From an uncultured Elusimicrobia bacterium (GTDB lineage: Bacteria; Elusimicrobiota; Elusimicrobia; 2-01-FULL-59-12), in NCBI GenBank assembly GCA_963702895.1, contig OY969767.1, forward strand, positions 1,248,001-1,312,000: a stretch of DNA of 64,000 nt. Direction: 5' to 3'. Positions 1 to 10,115 of the stretch are shown here, piece after piece. The translations under genes and the position numbers were made by a program. The notes beneath the pieces were generated by a model that saw nothing but the letters and a program-made list of their open reading frames with translations, made no database searches and was not told where the DNA came from. Every line of letters begins with the position of its first letter. Positions within the stretch are counted from its first letter, which is position 1.

Positions 1-657
1 CAGATTGCCAAGATAAAGATCTTTGTCGAGCCCGGCTTTGATGCGGGCAACGGCTCTTGTAATCTTACGCGAAACAAACGTCTCTCCACGGCGTGGAGAT
101 TCATGGTTAAAAAGGATGCCGTTGCATGCAAAAAGCTTATACGCTTCTCGGTAGTTGACCGTCAGCCAATACGCATAGAGTTTGGCGCATCCGTAGGGGC
201 TTCGGGGGTAGAAGGGGGTGCGTTCCGTCTGCGGCGTTTCCTGCACTTTTCCAAACATCTCACTTGAGGACGCCTGGTAGAATTTCGTTTGAACACCGCT
301 GTCTCGAATGGCATCCAGGAGCCGCAGGGTGCCGAGTCCGGTGACATCGCCCGTGTATTCCGGAATGTCAAAACTGACACGGACATGGCTTTGGGCGCCC
401 AAATGATAGATTTCGTCGGGTTTAATTTGCTTCAGCAGCTGGTTTAACGCGCTGCCATCGGTCAGGTCACTGTAATGGAGAAGAAGTTTTGGATGAGGGG
501 CGTGGGGGTCCTCGTAGATATTGACTAAGCGACCCGTATTAAAGGAACTCGAGCGACGAATGATGCCGTGTACCTCATAACCCTTGCTGAGCAAAAGCTC
601 AGCAAGATAAGAGCCGTCTTGGCCTGTAATGCCGGTGATCAGCGCGCGTTTGCTCAT
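1..657 (-). CDS. gmd: GDP-mannose 4,6-dehydratase (3' end runs off the window)
   Basis: Not in the ORF track. Hand translation from the ATG at 657 gives [23 protein letters not shown]...QASSSEMFG...[11 protein letters not shown]...[18 protein letters not shown], the hallmark Gmd motifs. Confidence 0.96.
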   Translation of the reverse strand, partial: MSKRALITGITGQDGSYLAELLLSKGYEVHGIIRRSSSFNTGRLVNIYEDPHAPHPKLLLHYSDLTDGSALNQLLKQIKPDEIYHLGAQSHVRVSFDIPEYTGDVTGLGTLRLLDAIRDSGVQTKFYQASSSEMFGKVQETPQTERTPFYPRSPYGCAKLYAYWLTVNYREAYKLFACNGILFNHESPRRGETFVSRKITRAVARIKAGLDKDLYLGNL

Positions 658-678
658 AAGCAATTTAGGGTGTGCGAC

Positions 679-687
679 ATTTTAGCA
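679..687 (-). promoter_or_regulatory. Putative extended -10 promoter (TGcTAAAAT) for gmd
   Basis: TGnTAAAAT lies 21 nt upstream of the gmd ATG. Confidence 0.45.
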
Positions 688-726
688 CAAGCTCCGTCGT
701 CTCTCCTTGAAATCCGGAAGGCGCGG

Positions 727-1220
727 AGCAGGAAATCATTAGGGGGGTCCTTTCTATCCCATGGAGCAGGGGCCTGCTCGCTCCGGCGAAATTTCCCCCT
801 CCATAGCCCAGATCAAGCCGGGCTACAGAGGGTCAGCGTTATGGCGAGGGCAGCCTGCGGAACTCGGGACTTCCCTAGATTTGTGCAAAGGATGCCCTCA
901 CACAGTCCTCGGCTGGTCACGCCCTCGCCAAAACGCTTGAAATTTCGAGTCGCTCGCTAGACCCCTGCTCCATGGAAAGAAGTTCTACTCATACAATTAC
1001 GCGAACACTTCTTGCCGCGGGGGAGTGAGGCAGCGAACGACTCGCGGACGGCGGCGGGGCGACGAGAGCGTTTTGCCGAGGATGGATGAGCCTCGCCCTC
1101 TAGTCTACAGGAAGGAGGCGAGTTCCGCAGGCAGCTCGAGACGCACCGCCGGGTTGTCCGGGAGCGCCGGAGTGAGATGCCTCACTCCCCCGCGGAAAGG
1201 ACCCACAAAAGTTTCCTGCT
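727..1220. mobile_element. Non-coding nested inverted-repeat element (MITE-like or structured RNA)
   Basis: Outer IRs AGCAGGAAA (727-735/1212-1220) and GGGTCCTTTC (745-754/1195-1204). Inner IRs CCATGGAGCAGGGG (759-772/962-975), CCGCGGGGGAGTGAGGCA (1015-1032/1178-1195) and GCCTGCGGAACTCG (853-866/1119-1132). Confidence 0.6.
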
Positions 1221-1309
1221 ACTCTTAAGACGCCACCGCCAGGCGCATCGCTCTATGCTTCTGCAAGCAGGAAGCCAGAATTAGAAGCCTCGTGCCACCC
1301 CGCACGACG

Positions 1310-1447
1310 TGAATAGGTGATGAATAGGTCATGAATAGGTCACCTTGGTGGGTTTATCGTCTGAAAGAAGGCACACCTATTCATCGTGAATAGGTCGGAC
1401 ATACATGAATAGGTGATGAATAGGTCGTGAATAGGTCATGAATAGGT
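1310..1447. repeat. Phased array of TGAATAGGT 9-mers (8 direct + 1 inverted; 11-bp period)
   Basis: Direct copies start at 1310, 1321, 1332, 1387, 1406, 1417, 1428 and 1439. The inverted copy at 1375-1383 forms a palindrome with the 1387 copy. Confidence 0.97.
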
Positions 1448-1457
1448 GAGGTGCGGG

Positions 1458-2156
1458 TTATGCCAGGTCCTTGGGTGAAGGGAGTTTAGCGATCTCATAG
1501 CGGCGCTCGCGCGTATTGGAGGAAGGGCTTTGGCGCGCGTTGCCAGTTTTCACAAGATCCTCCAGGCTCCGCCAGGCGGTCGGTTGGGAGATCCCTAAAC
1601 GGGCGGCAACCTCTTCACTCGTCAGCGGCCCCTGCTCATTGAGCAGCCGGATCAGGCGCACGCGTCGGTCACTGGCGGCCTGGTCGAGCGGCGGCGAGGC
1701 TGCTCCAGGAGTTTTTCGCGAGGCTTGGCGTAGGCTCGCGCTCACCCCCGTCGCGGCAAAGATGCCCAGCACGCCGAGCGTGATGGTCTTCAATTCCTGC
1801 GGAAGCGACCATCGTGTCGAAAGGTTCGCACACGCGGCGAGCGCCAAGTAGAGCGCAAACCAGAGTCCGATGAAAAGTTCGCCACGCCGCAGGCGCATGA
1901 TCGATTCGTCGGCCCCAAGCCACTTGGCGCCTTCCCGTTGTGCCGCGTAGCCGCCAAGAAGCGCTAAATACACATCCCCCCAGGGAACGCGCGAGGCATA
2001 AGTCCCGCCTTTAAAAAACTCATACAGTTGAAAGGCAAAGATGACGGCTGTATATCCCAACGTAATAGGGTAGAGCGCTCGGTCCATGGCATGCAAGAAG
2101 GTTCGGGACTGCACTTGCGGGGTGGTTCCGGACGGTTGTGACGTATCAGTGTTCAT
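1458..2156 (-). CDS. Hypothetical membrane protein (about 4 TM) with C-terminal winged helix-turn-helix domain
   Basis: Four hydrophobic segments, a Pro/Ala linker, then LIRLLNEQGPLTSEEVAARLGISQPTAWRSLEDLVKTG (wHTH pattern). AAGGAAGGGG SD-like sequence upstream. Confidence 0.8.
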   Translation of the reverse strand: MNTDTSQPSGTTPQVQSRTFLHAMDRALYPITLGYTAVIFAFQLYEFFKGGTYASRVPWGDVYLALLGGYAAQREGAKWLGADESIMRLRRGELFIGLWFALYLALAACANLSTRWSLPQELKTITLGVLGIFAATGVSASLRQASRKTPGAASPPLDQAASDRRVRLIRLLNEQGPLTSEEVAARLGISQPTAWRSLEDLVKTGNARQSPSSNTRERRYEIAKLPSPKDLA

Positions 2157-2245
2157 GACAGGAGCCCCTTCCTTGGAGAGGTAACGACGGGTTGATGCGC
2201 TGTAATTAAACCAAAGAAAAGGAACATCACTGAGCGCGAAGTGGC

Positions 2246-3367
2246 TTAATAAAAGGCTTTGATCTGATCTGAGACGAAGTCCACATCATCCGTTGACATG
2301 AAAGGGTACAACGGGAGACTTAGAGTTTGTCGTGCCAGCTTTTCACTTACCGGGAAATCATTCACGTGATGACCGAGATGACTCAGCGCTGGGAGCAAGG
2401 GTAGCGTGATAGGATAATGAAGGCCTACCGAAATCTTCTTCTGTTCCAGAAACGTCTTGAGTTCATCGCGACGCTCGGATTGCACGGTATACAAATGATA
2501 AACGTGCTCCCGATCAGGAGATTCGTGAGGCAAAATGAGCGGCAGACCGGCCAGGGCCTTGGTGTAATGTTTGGCCAGATTCTGGCGTCGACGATTCCAT
2601 TCATCAAGGTGCTTGAGTTTTAAGCGCAAGACCGCGGCCTGGATCTCATCTAAGCGTGAGTTGTAGGCGACTTCATCGTGGTGATACTTGATCTTGGCTC
2701 CATGGTTGCGAAGGTTTCGGACACGCTCCGCGAGCTCATCAGAAGAAGAGATGACAGCGCCAGCATCGCCGCAGGCACCCAAGTTCTTGGTTGGGTAGAA
2801 ACTAAGACAGGCGATCGAACCCCACGAGCCAATCTTTTTATTTCGATAAGTGCTGCCGATGGCTTGTGCCATATCTTCAATCAGTGGAATGTTATGTTCT
2901 TGGGCAATCTCTAATAGCGACTGCAGGTCAGCTGGCAAGCCATAAAGATGCACAGCGATGATGGCCTTCGTTTGCTTTGTGATCTTCTGCTTGATGAGGG
3001 CTGGATTAATCGCGTACGTTTTAGGGTCTATATCAACGAAGACAGGTTTTGCTCCCAAGAGGACAATGGGTTCAACGGTCGCAAAGAAGGACATCGCTGG
3101 GACAATGACCTCATCCCCACCCGCGATATTCAGCGCCCGAAGGGCTAGGTGGATGGCATCTGTGCCGCTGTTGACACCGATGGCGTGACGAGCGCCAAGA
3201 TAAGCGCTCAGCTCATGTTCAAAGGCGCTGAGTTCCTTCCCAAGGACGTAGGACCCCGAGCTGAGAATCCTGTCGAGGACGGGCGTTAACTCTGATTTGA
3301 TCGTGTCATACTCACGGCCCAGATCGGTGATGGGGACGCGCCTCGGTATGTCTGGAGGTTTGTTCAT
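2246..3367 (-). CDS. DegT/DnrJ/EryC1/StrS family PLP-dependent sugar aminotransferase
   Basis: [27 protein letters not shown] and [10 protein letters not shown] motifs. Confidence 0.95.
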   Translation of the reverse strand: MNKPPDIPRRVPITDLGREYDTIKSELTPVLDRILSSGSYVLGKELSAFEHELSAYLGARHAIGVNSGTDAIHLALRALNIAGGDEVIVPAMSFFATVEPIVLLGAKPVFVDIDPKTYAINPALIKQKITKQTKAIIAVHLYGLPADLQSLLEIAQEHNIPLIEDMAQAIGSTYRNKKIGSWGSIACLSFYPTKNLGACGDAGAVISSSDELAERVRNLRNHGAKIKYHHDEVAYNSRLDEIQAAVLRLKLKHLDEWNRRRQNLAKHYTKALAGLPLILPHESPDREHVYHLYTVQSERRDELKTFLEQKKISVGLHYPITLPLLPALSHLGHHVNDFPVSEKLARQTLSLPLYPFMSTDDVDFVSDQIKAFY

Positions 3368-4302
3368 ATCTGACGCACGGAATCTGAAAAGTACTTGATG
3401 GTCTTTCTCAATCCTGTTTCAAGAGGGACGCGGGGTCTCCAACGAAGTTGCTTCGTGGCAATCGAAATATCAGGACGGCGAGTGCGAGGATCATCAACGG
3501 GTAAGGGACGATGGACCAGTTTGCTCTTTGACTTGGTGAGCCGCCTGACCGCGTCAGCGAGTTGATTCAGCGTCATCTCGTTGGGGTTGCCAATATTGAC
3601 GGGTGAGTTGATCTTAGAAAAGAGCAGCTTGTAGAGGCCCTCCACAAGATCTTCTATATAGCAGAAGCTTCGTGTTTGTGAGCCGTCGCCATAAATCGTG
3701 ATCGGCCTATTCTGGAGAGCCTGGCCAATAAAGTTCGGGATCGCTCGTCCATCGTTATGGCGCATCCGCGGACCGTAGGTGTTAAAGATTCTGACGATCC
3801 TCACTTGCATATGGTGATAGCGGTGATAAGCCATGGTCATCGCTTCGGCAAAGCGCTTCGCTTCATCGTAGACGCCTCTTGGCCCCACCGGGTTCACATG
3901 GCCCCAATAGGTCTCAGGCTGGGGACTCACCAAAGGATCGCCATAAACTTCAGAGGTCGAGGCAAGCAAAAAGGCGGCCTTTTTCTCTTTGGCCAATCCC
4001 AAAACTTTGTGCGTTCCAAGCGCGCCCACCTTGAGTGTCGGAATGGGGTACTCCAGGTAATCTCGTGGCGACGCGGGACTCGCGAAGTGAAGGACCGCAT
4101 CGAGCTTTCCCGGCACATGAATGAAATTCGTCACGTCATGCCGGATGAACTGAAAAGACCTTTTCCCCATCAGGTGCTCAATGTTTCGCATGGCGCCGGT
4201 CAGGAGGTTGTCCATGGCAATCACGCTATGTCCTTTGGCCAAAAAGAAGTCACAAAGGTGGCTGCCAATGAAGCCTGCCCCTCCCGTAATCAGGACACGC
4301 AT
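3364..4302 (-). CDS. UDP-glucuronate decarboxylase (UDP-xylose synthase-like SDR)
   Basis: [28 protein letters not shown] and [10 protein letters not shown] motifs; adjacent to ugd. Confidence 0.9.
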   Translation of the reverse strand: MRVLITGGAGFIGSHLCDFFLAKGHSVIAMDNLLTGAMRNIEHLMGKRSFQFIRHDVTNFIHVPGKLDAVLHFASPASPRDYLEYPIPTLKVGALGTHKVLGLAKEKKAAFLLASTSEVYGDPLVSPQPETYWGHVNPVGPRGVYDEAKRFAEAMTMAYHRYHHMQVRIVRIFNTYGPRMRHNDGRAIPNFIGQALQNRPITIYGDGSQTRSFCYIEDLVEGLYKLLFSKINSPVNIGNPNEMTLNQLADAVRRLTKSKSKLVHRPLPVDDPRTRRPDISIATKQLRWRPRVPLETGLRKTIKYFSDSVRQI

Positions 4303-5606
4303 CAGGCAAACCTCCCCATTCCACGGTATTCAAAACCAAGGGCTTTGAGTTTAGAGCCATCGAGGGCGTTGCGGCCATCAATGAGGATCGGATGTGTCAT
4401 CTGTTGTTTGATCTTGGTAAAGTTGAGCCGCAAAAACTCCGGCCATTCCGTCACGAGGACCAAGCAATCGGCATGATCGGCGACTTCGTAAGCGTTTTTG
4501 CAATAGACAATGTGTTGGGTGATCTGTTTGGCCTTCTCCATAGCGACCGGATCATAGGCTCGAACCTTGCAGCCATGATCAAGCAAGCGGTCCATAATAT
4601 CGAGAGCAGGAGCAAAACGAATATCGTCTGTAAAAGGTTTGAAGGCGATGCCCAAGAGGCCAACGGTTTTCCCCTTCAGGTTCCAGAGGGAGTCTTCAAT
4701 GATTTTGATGAGATGCAGACGTTGTTGTTCGTTCACCTCTTTGACAACGCGAAGCAACTCAAAGTCATAACCGACGCGTCTCGAGATATAGTGAAAGGCC
4801 TCCAGGTCTTTCGGCAAGCAAAACCCGCCAAAGCCTAGCCCGGCGTTAAGAAACGATCGTCCTATGCGCGGATCCAGCCCCATGCCTTCAGCAACCTGTT
4901 TCACGTCAGCGCCCACGAGCTCGCAGACTCTTGATACGGAATTCATGAAGGATATCTTGGTCGCAAGAAACGAATTCGAAGCGTGCTTAATGAGCTCCGC
5001 ACTCTTGAGGTCCGTCAAAATCAGCTTCGCTTTAAGCGGTGCGTAAAGATCCGTCATCACCTTGGTGGCGCGCTTGGACTTGGAGCCGATCACAATACGG
5101 TCTGGCTTAAGGAAATCATGAACCGCAGTCCCTTCACGCAGGAACTCGGGGTTTGACACCATGTCAAACGGTACTTGTTTTCGATTGAAGCGTGTGATGG
5201 TGCGTTCGACCTGCTCTCCTGTTTCAACAGGGACCGTTGACTTTTCAGCGATGACCGTGTACGCCTTCAAATTCAACGCGATGTCTTTGGCGACCGCCTC
5301 GATATAGGTCAGATCGGCGGAACCGTCGGAGCGCGGAGGGGTACCCACCGCAATAAAAACAATCTGAGCGTTTTCCATGGCACGGGCCAGGGTCGGCTCA
5401 AAGGATAGGCGTTTGTTCTTCACATGACGGGCGACGAGCGCGTCCAGGCCTGACTCGTAAATCGGGATGCGGCCGGCTTTGAGCGCTGCGATCTTCGACG
5501 CGTCATTGTCGACGCATACCACCTGGTGGCCTATTTCGGCCAGGCACGCGCCTGTCACAAGGCCTACATACCCGCAACCGATCACACAGACATTCATTGA
5601 TTTCAT
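4302..5606 (-). CDS. ugd: UDP-glucose 6-dehydrogenase
   Basis: [20 protein letters not shown] and [10 protein letters not shown] motifs. Confidence 0.95.
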   Translation of the reverse strand: MKSMNVCVIGCGYVGLVTGACLAEIGHQVVCVDNDASKIAALKAGRIPIYESGLDALVARHVKNKRLSFEPTLARAMENAQIVFIAVGTPPRSDGSADLTYIEAVAKDIALNLKAYTVIAEKSTVPVETGEQVERTITRFNRKQVPFDMVSNPEFLREGTAVHDFLKPDRIVIGSKSKRATKVMTDLYAPLKAKLILTDLKSAELIKHASNSFLATKISFMNSVSRVCELVGADVKQVAEGMGLDPRIGRSFLNAGLGFGGFCLPKDLEAFHYISRRVGYDFELLRVVKEVNEQQRLHLIKIIEDSLWNLKGKTVGLLGIAFKPFTDDIRFAPALDIMDRLLDHGCKVRAYDPVAMEKAKQITQHIVYCKNAYEVADHADCLVLVTEWPEFLRLNFTKIKQQMTHPILIDGRNALDGSKLKALGFEYRGMGRFA

Positions 5607-6496
5607 GTCGTCACCTTCTTTTGACTAAAGTGTTCTTGCATGGCTTCTTGCCAGGGTCGCAAAAGTGGAAAACCATCAAGCCTCCAAGCCAGATTGTCTA
5701 ATCCAGCAAACGCTGGACGTTGGGCCGGTAAACCCAATTCAGAAAGGGTCATTTTACGCAAACCACGGTAGGGCGTCATCTTGTGAAGTCGCAGCACCTC
5801 TTCGGCCAGCTCAACACGCGAGCAAAACCCATGATTGGTGACATGGTAGATTCCATAATGTCGGCTCTCCGCGAGCCGCAAAAGCGCGGCCGCGAGGTCC
5901 GGGGTGTAGGTGGGTGCGCTGACCATGTCGGTCACAGCCTGGATGGGGGCATCGCGACGCGCCGCGTCTATGACACTGTCCACCCACGTGTTGCGCGCAG
6001 GCCCAAAGAGCCAAGAAGTCCGAACGATAAAGTATTTCGACAAGAGGTCCTTCACAAAGATCTCCGCCCAGAGTTTCGAGTGTCCGTAAGTACTGATGGG
6101 TCGGCAGGTGTCATACTCACGATAGCCGCTCGGCAGGGCATCGGTCCCGCTAAAGACATAATCGGTCGAGACGCTAATGAGGGTGGTGTCAAAACGTTGG
6201 CAGGCGAGCGCGATGTTGCGCGTGGCCAGCGCGTTGCCTCGAAAGGCGGCATCGGGATCCGATTCCGCGCCATCCACATTATTGTAGGCCGCGCAATGCA
6301 CCACAAGATCAGGATTGTCTTTGGTGATCGTCGCATACGTGAGGGCGGCGTTCGTGAGATCGCACGCCCGGAAGCGCTCATGGGCGATCCAGGCAGGTCT
6401 CGTGATGTCGATCGCGATGATCTCATGGCTCTTTTCAAACAAGATCGAGACATCGTGTCCAAGCAGGCCGCCAGCTCCCGTCAAAACGATCTTCAC
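5603..6496 (-). CDS. rfbD: dTDP-4-dehydrorhamnose reductase
   Basis: GAGGLLG, STDYVFSG and YGHSK motifs. Start moved to the GTG at 6496, which overlaps the rfbB stop. Confidence 0.92.
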   Translation of the reverse strand: MKIVLTGAGGLLGHDVSILFEKSHEIIAIDITRPAWIAHERFRACDLTNAALTYATITKDNPDLVVHCAAYNNVDGAESDPDAAFRGNALATRNIALACQRFDTTLISVSTDYVFSGTDALPSGYREYDTCRPISTYGHSKLWAEIFVKDLLSKYFIVRTSWLFGPARNTWVDSVIDAARRDAPIQAVTDMVSAPTYTPDLAAALLRLAESRHYGIYHVTNHGFCSRVELAEEVLRLHKMTPYRGLRKMTLSELGLPAQRPAFAGLDNLAWRLDGFPLLRPWQEAMQEHFSQKKVTT

Positions 6497-7506
6497 CTGG
6501 CCCTCCCCGCGTATTGAGAACGATAATATTTTCGATAGGACGATGAACGGTAGAGGATCGATTCCCACCAGGCCTGGTGCTTCTGGTACCAGGCGACGGT
6601 CTCAACGAGGCCATCCTCGAAGCGGATCTTGGGCGTCCAGCCTAGCTCACGTCGGATTTTCCTGGCGGATAAGGCGTAACGGCGATCATGCCCAGGTCGA
6701 TCGGGTACGTGCTGGATCAAGGCAGCAGGTTTCTTGAGCTCGCGCAAAAGCATCTTCGCGACGGATAGATTGGTCCACCCTCGGCCTGTCCCAATGTTGT
6801 AAACCCCGCCAGGGCACCCTTTTCTCAATACACGCTCAATCGCCAGGCAATGGTCCGTCACATGAAGCCATTCGCGGACATGCAAGCCGTCTCCATATAA
6901 CGGCAAGCGTTCATCTGTGAGTGCGCGTGTGATAAAAAGCGGTAAGAACTTTTCCGGGTATTGGTAGGGGCCATAATTGTTGCCAGAGCGTGTAATGAGC
7001 GTCGGGAGTCCGTAGGTGTGATGATAGGCTTGAACGAGGTGATCGGCAGCGGCTTTGCTCGCGGAGTACGGGCTTCGAGGTTCGAGAGGCGACTCTTCGG
7101 AAGCAAAGCCGCGCGCTAAGGAGCCATACACCTCATCGGTTGAGATTTGCAAAAAACGTTGAACCTGAAAGCGCTTGGCGGCCTCTAGAAGAGTATGGAC
7201 GCCTACCACGTTGGAATGGAGGAAAGGAGCTGCGTCTTGGATCGATCGGTCGACATGTGTTTCCGCGGCAAAATTGACCACATGGTCAACCTGACGCATG
7301 AATCGTGACACGACCGTATCGGATGCGATGTCGCCACGCACAAAACGATATTTTGAACTCTGCTTGAATTCGCGAAGGCCTTCCAGGTACCCCGCATAGG
7401 TAAGCTTATCGAGATTGATGATCAGCCGCACATCCTGCCGCTTGATCATGAGTCGGATAAAATGGGACCCAATAAAACCAGCCCCACCTGTGACGAGGAG
7501 TCTCAC
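6493..7506 (-). CDS. rfbB: dTDP-glucose 4,6-dehydratase
   Basis: DKLTYAG, AAETHVDRSI, STDEVYG and YSASKA motifs. Confidence 0.96.
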   Translation of the reverse strand: MRLLVTGGAGFIGSHFIRLMIKRQDVRLIINLDKLTYAGYLEGLREFKQSSKYRFVRGDIASDTVVSRFMRQVDHVVNFAAETHVDRSIQDAAPFLHSNVVGVHTLLEAAKRFQVQRFLQISTDEVYGSLARGFASEESPLEPRSPYSASKAAADHLVQAYHHTYGLPTLITRSGNNYGPYQYPEKFLPLFITRALTDERLPLYGDGLHVREWLHVTDHCLAIERVLRKGCPGGVYNIGTGRGWTNLSVAKMLLRELKKPAALIQHVPDRPGHDRRYALSARKIRRELGWTPKIRFEDGLVETVAWYQKHQAWWESILYRSSSYRKYYRSQYAGRAR

Positions 7507-8432
7507 GACTTATTGAACCATTCCCAAGTCCTTTTGAGCCCCTCTTCTAGGCCGACTTGGGGCTTGTAGCCAAGCTGTTTCTTGGCTTTACGGATATCCG
7601 CCCATGTCATGCGAACATCCCCTGGCCTGGGTGGCGTGTGGTGGCGCGTCACTTTGTGCCCGGCAAGCTTTTCGAGGACGCTGATAATGTCCAGAAGCGC
7701 ATAATTCTTTCCATTGGCGATATTAAAGACCTCTCCCGAGATGTTGGGGCGTTCGGCGGCCAAGAGATTAGCCTGGACGACATTCTCGATATAGGTGAAA
7801 TCTCTTGACTGCTTGCCGTCGGAATGGACCTCCAGGGGCTTGTCGTCTTTGACAGACTGGAGAAATTTGGGGATGACCGCCGCATACTGCGATTCAGGGT
7901 GTTGTCTGGGCCCAAACACATTAAAGTAGCGTAAGGAGACGGTCTCAAGACCAAAGGATTTCGCAAAAACGATACTGTAGTGCTCTGCCGCGAGCTTCGA
8001 CACAGCATAGGGAGACAGGGGCACGCACGGCATGGTTTCGATTTGGGGAAATTTCTTTTGATCGCCGTAGACTGACGAGGAGGAGGCGTACACGACGCGC
8101 CGCACTCGAGCGTCACGCGCCGCTAGAAGCAAACCTAGCGTCCCAACGACATTGACGTCATTAGACGATGTCGGGTCATCCATCGATCGTGGGACAGAAC
8201 GCAGGGCCGCCTGATGGAAGATGACTTCCACATCCCGAACAGCCTTTTCGAGGTCCACTTTTTCGCGAAGATCGCCACGAATGAAGTCAATGCGAGATCC
8301 AAAAGCCTCGATGGTCTCTGGTCTGCCCGTGGTCATGTTGTCCAAAACACGCACAGAATCCCCGCGCGTAAGCAAGGCTTCGACAACATGGGAACCGATG
8401 AACCCGGCACCGCCGGTCACTAAGCACTTCAT
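7503..8432 (-). CDS. NAD-dependent UDP-hexose/HexNAc 4-epimerase (WbpP-like SDR)
   Basis: [19 protein letters not shown] and YFNVFGPRQ...YAAVIP motifs. Confidence 0.85.
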   Translation of the reverse strand: MKCLVTGGAGFIGSHVVEALLTRGDSVRVLDNMTTGRPETIEAFGSRIDFIRGDLREKVDLEKAVRDVEVIFHQAALRSVPRSMDDPTSSNDVNVVGTLGLLLAARDARVRRVVYASSSSVYGDQKKFPQIETMPCVPLSPYAVSKLAAEHYSIVFAKSFGLETVSLRYFNVFGPRQHPESQYAAVIPKFLQSVKDDKPLEVHSDGKQSRDFTYIENVVQANLLAAERPNISGEVFNIANGKNYALLDIISVLEKLAGHKVTRHHTPPRPGDVRMTWADIRKAKKQLGYKPQVGLEEGLKRTWEWFNKS

Positions 8433-8443
8433 CTCTTGATTAG

Positions 8444-8639
8444 TCCGAAATCTTCCTTTGGGAAAGCTTTATCGTCCGGCCCTGCTACACTTTTCTGTGC
8501 TGTCATCCCGGCGAACGCCGGGATCCATCATGTCCGTCGTAGCACGATAGACCCCGTCCGCCACACGGCAGGACGGACGGCCCGCCGGATGTGTGGAGGG
8601 CCGGCTTTCGCCGGGGTGACGTCTACTGAAGATTCTAGG
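8444..8639. mobile_element. MITE-like element with REP-type palindromic core; same family as 46689-46849, inverted
   Basis: Core GTCATCCCGGCGAACGCCGGGATCC...GGCTTTCGCCGGGGTGAC (8502-8620). Both flanks are co-linear with the 46.7-kb element. Confidence 0.7.
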
Positions 8640-8665
8640 TTGATAATTTTACATTATTTGAAATT

Positions 8666-9223
8666 TTAGATACTAAAGGCGCTGGACAGGTCACGTTCGA
8701 TCTGTCTTATGGTCACACCTTGTTGATCTTTAACGGAGAGGACAGGATTTCGTATGGGCCAGGCTATGGCAAGATCCGGATCATTCCAGGCCAGATGGAT
8801 TTCGCTCGAAGGATCATAGAGATCCGTACATTTGTATTGCACTTCAGCCGCCTCACTGAGCACACAAAATCCGTGCGCGAAGCCAGCTGGGATGTAGAGC
8901 TGGCAAGGATGCTGTTCGGAAAGTGTAATGCCGTACCATTTCTTATAGGTAGGAGACGATGGACGAATATCGACGGCCACGTCCCAAATCTCCCCTGTCA
9001 CGACATGGACAAGTTTGCCCTGAGGACGAACGAGCTGAGCATGCAGCCCGCGTAACGTCGACCGCGAAGATTTCGATATATTGTCCTGAACAAACGGGCC
9101 TGTGATGCCGGCTTGCGCGTATTTGGCGGCGTGATAACTTTCTAAAAAGTACCCCCGTGGGTCACGGTAGACGTCGAGTTCGATGTGGATTACGCCCGGC
9201 AAGGGTGTCTCGCTAAACTTCAT
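8666..9223 (-). CDS. rfbC: dTDP-4-dehydrorhamnose 3,5-epimerase
   Basis: DPRGYF, LRGLH, QGKLV, GFAHGF and WNDP motifs. Confidence 0.96.
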   Translation of the reverse strand: MKFSETPLPGVIHIELDVYRDPRGYFLESYHAAKYAQAGITGPFVQDNISKSSRSTLRGLHAQLVRPQGKLVHVVTGEIWDVAVDIRPSSPTYKKWYGITLSEQHPCQLYIPAGFAHGFCVLSEAAEVQYKCTDLYDPSSEIHLAWNDPDLAIAWPIRNPVLSVKDQQGVTIRQIERDLSSAFSI

Positions 9224-10086
9224 GAGAGCAGTCGCAGAAGATGTTGGCCGTAATCTGTCTTGGCCATGGGACGAGCGAGCTCACGGACGTGGTCGGCACT
9301 GATGTACCCGAACCGATAGGCGATTTCTTCAAGACAACCCACTTTGAGTCCTTGCCGCTGTTCTATGGCTTGAATGAAGTTCGACGCTTGAAGGAGTGAA
9401 TCATATGTGCCCGTGTCGAGCCAAGCGATGCCGCGCCCTAGCTCAACCACATGAAGAGATTTCTTTTTCAAATACACTTCAATGACATGGGCAATTTCGA
9501 GCTCTCCACGTTGGGAGGGCTTGAGCTTCTTGGCAACCTCAATCACATCCGAGCTAAAGAAATAAAGCCCCGGGACAGCGTACGACGAGCGCGGCTTGGT
9601 AGGCTTCTCTTCGATGGAGAGCGCCCGGCCTCTCTGATTGAACGTGATGACACCGTAGTGTTCGGGATTTTTGACTTGATACGCGAAGATTGTGGCGCTT
9701 CGGCTCTGTCGGGAGGCCTTCTGGAGCTGGGCGGTCAAGCCATGGCCATAAAAGATATTGTCGCCCAGGATGAGGGCCACGGGGTCGTGGCCGATGAACT
9801 CCTCGCCGATCAAAAACGCTTCGGCAATGCCTCGCGGGGACGGCTGCACCGCGTAGGAAAGACGAAGACCGAGCCAAGAACCATTCCCCAGCAGCCGAAT
9901 AAATCCTTCCTGCTCATGCGGCGTCGTGATGATCAGGATCTCCCGCACGCCCGAGAGCATCAGTGTGGAGAGCGGGTAGTAGATCATGGGCTTATCATAG
10001 ACAGGGAGCAATTGCTTGCTCGCTGCTCGAGTGATCGGAAAGAGCCGCGTCCCGCTACCGCCGGCCAAAATGATCCCTTTTCTCAT
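9220..10086 (-). CDS. rfbA: Glucose-1-phosphate thymidylyltransferase
   Basis: [26 protein letters not shown] and WLDTGT motifs. Start at the ATG at 10086. Confidence 0.97.
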   Translation of the reverse strand: MRKGIILAGGSGTRLFPITRAASKQLLPVYDKPMIYYPLSTLMLSGVREILIITTPHEQEGFIRLLGNGSWLGLRLSYAVQPSPRGIAEAFLIGEEFIGHDPVALILGDNIFYGHGLTAQLQKASRQSRSATIFAYQVKNPEHYGVITFNQRGRALSIEEKPTKPRSSYAVPGLYFFSSDVIEVAKKLKPSQRGELEIAHVIEVYLKKKSLHVVELGRGIAWLDTGTYDSLLQASNFIQAIEQRQGLKVGCLEEIAYRFGYISADHVRELARPMAKTDYGQHLLRLLS

Positions 10087-10097
10087 AGGAGGCCCTC

Positions 10098-10109
10098 TAA
10101 GTATACTTA
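10098..10109. promoter_or_regulatory. Palindromic bidirectional -10 element (TAAGTATACTTA)
   Basis: A perfect 12-bp palindrome giving TATACT on both strands, in the 29-bp gap between divergent genes. Confidence 0.6.
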
Positions 10110-10115
10110 ACCAAC

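Noticed and set aside
162..1228. ORFs 162-386, 568-960 and 1025-1228
   Set aside because: They are out-of-frame or antisense overlaps of gmd, or GC-rich palindromic DNA with no protein-like features.
1310..1447. CRISPR array or coding repeat interpretation of the TGAATAGGT array
   Set aside because: The repeats are 9-11 bp, with no unique 25-45 bp spacers and no cas genes. The 11-bp period breaks the reading frame.
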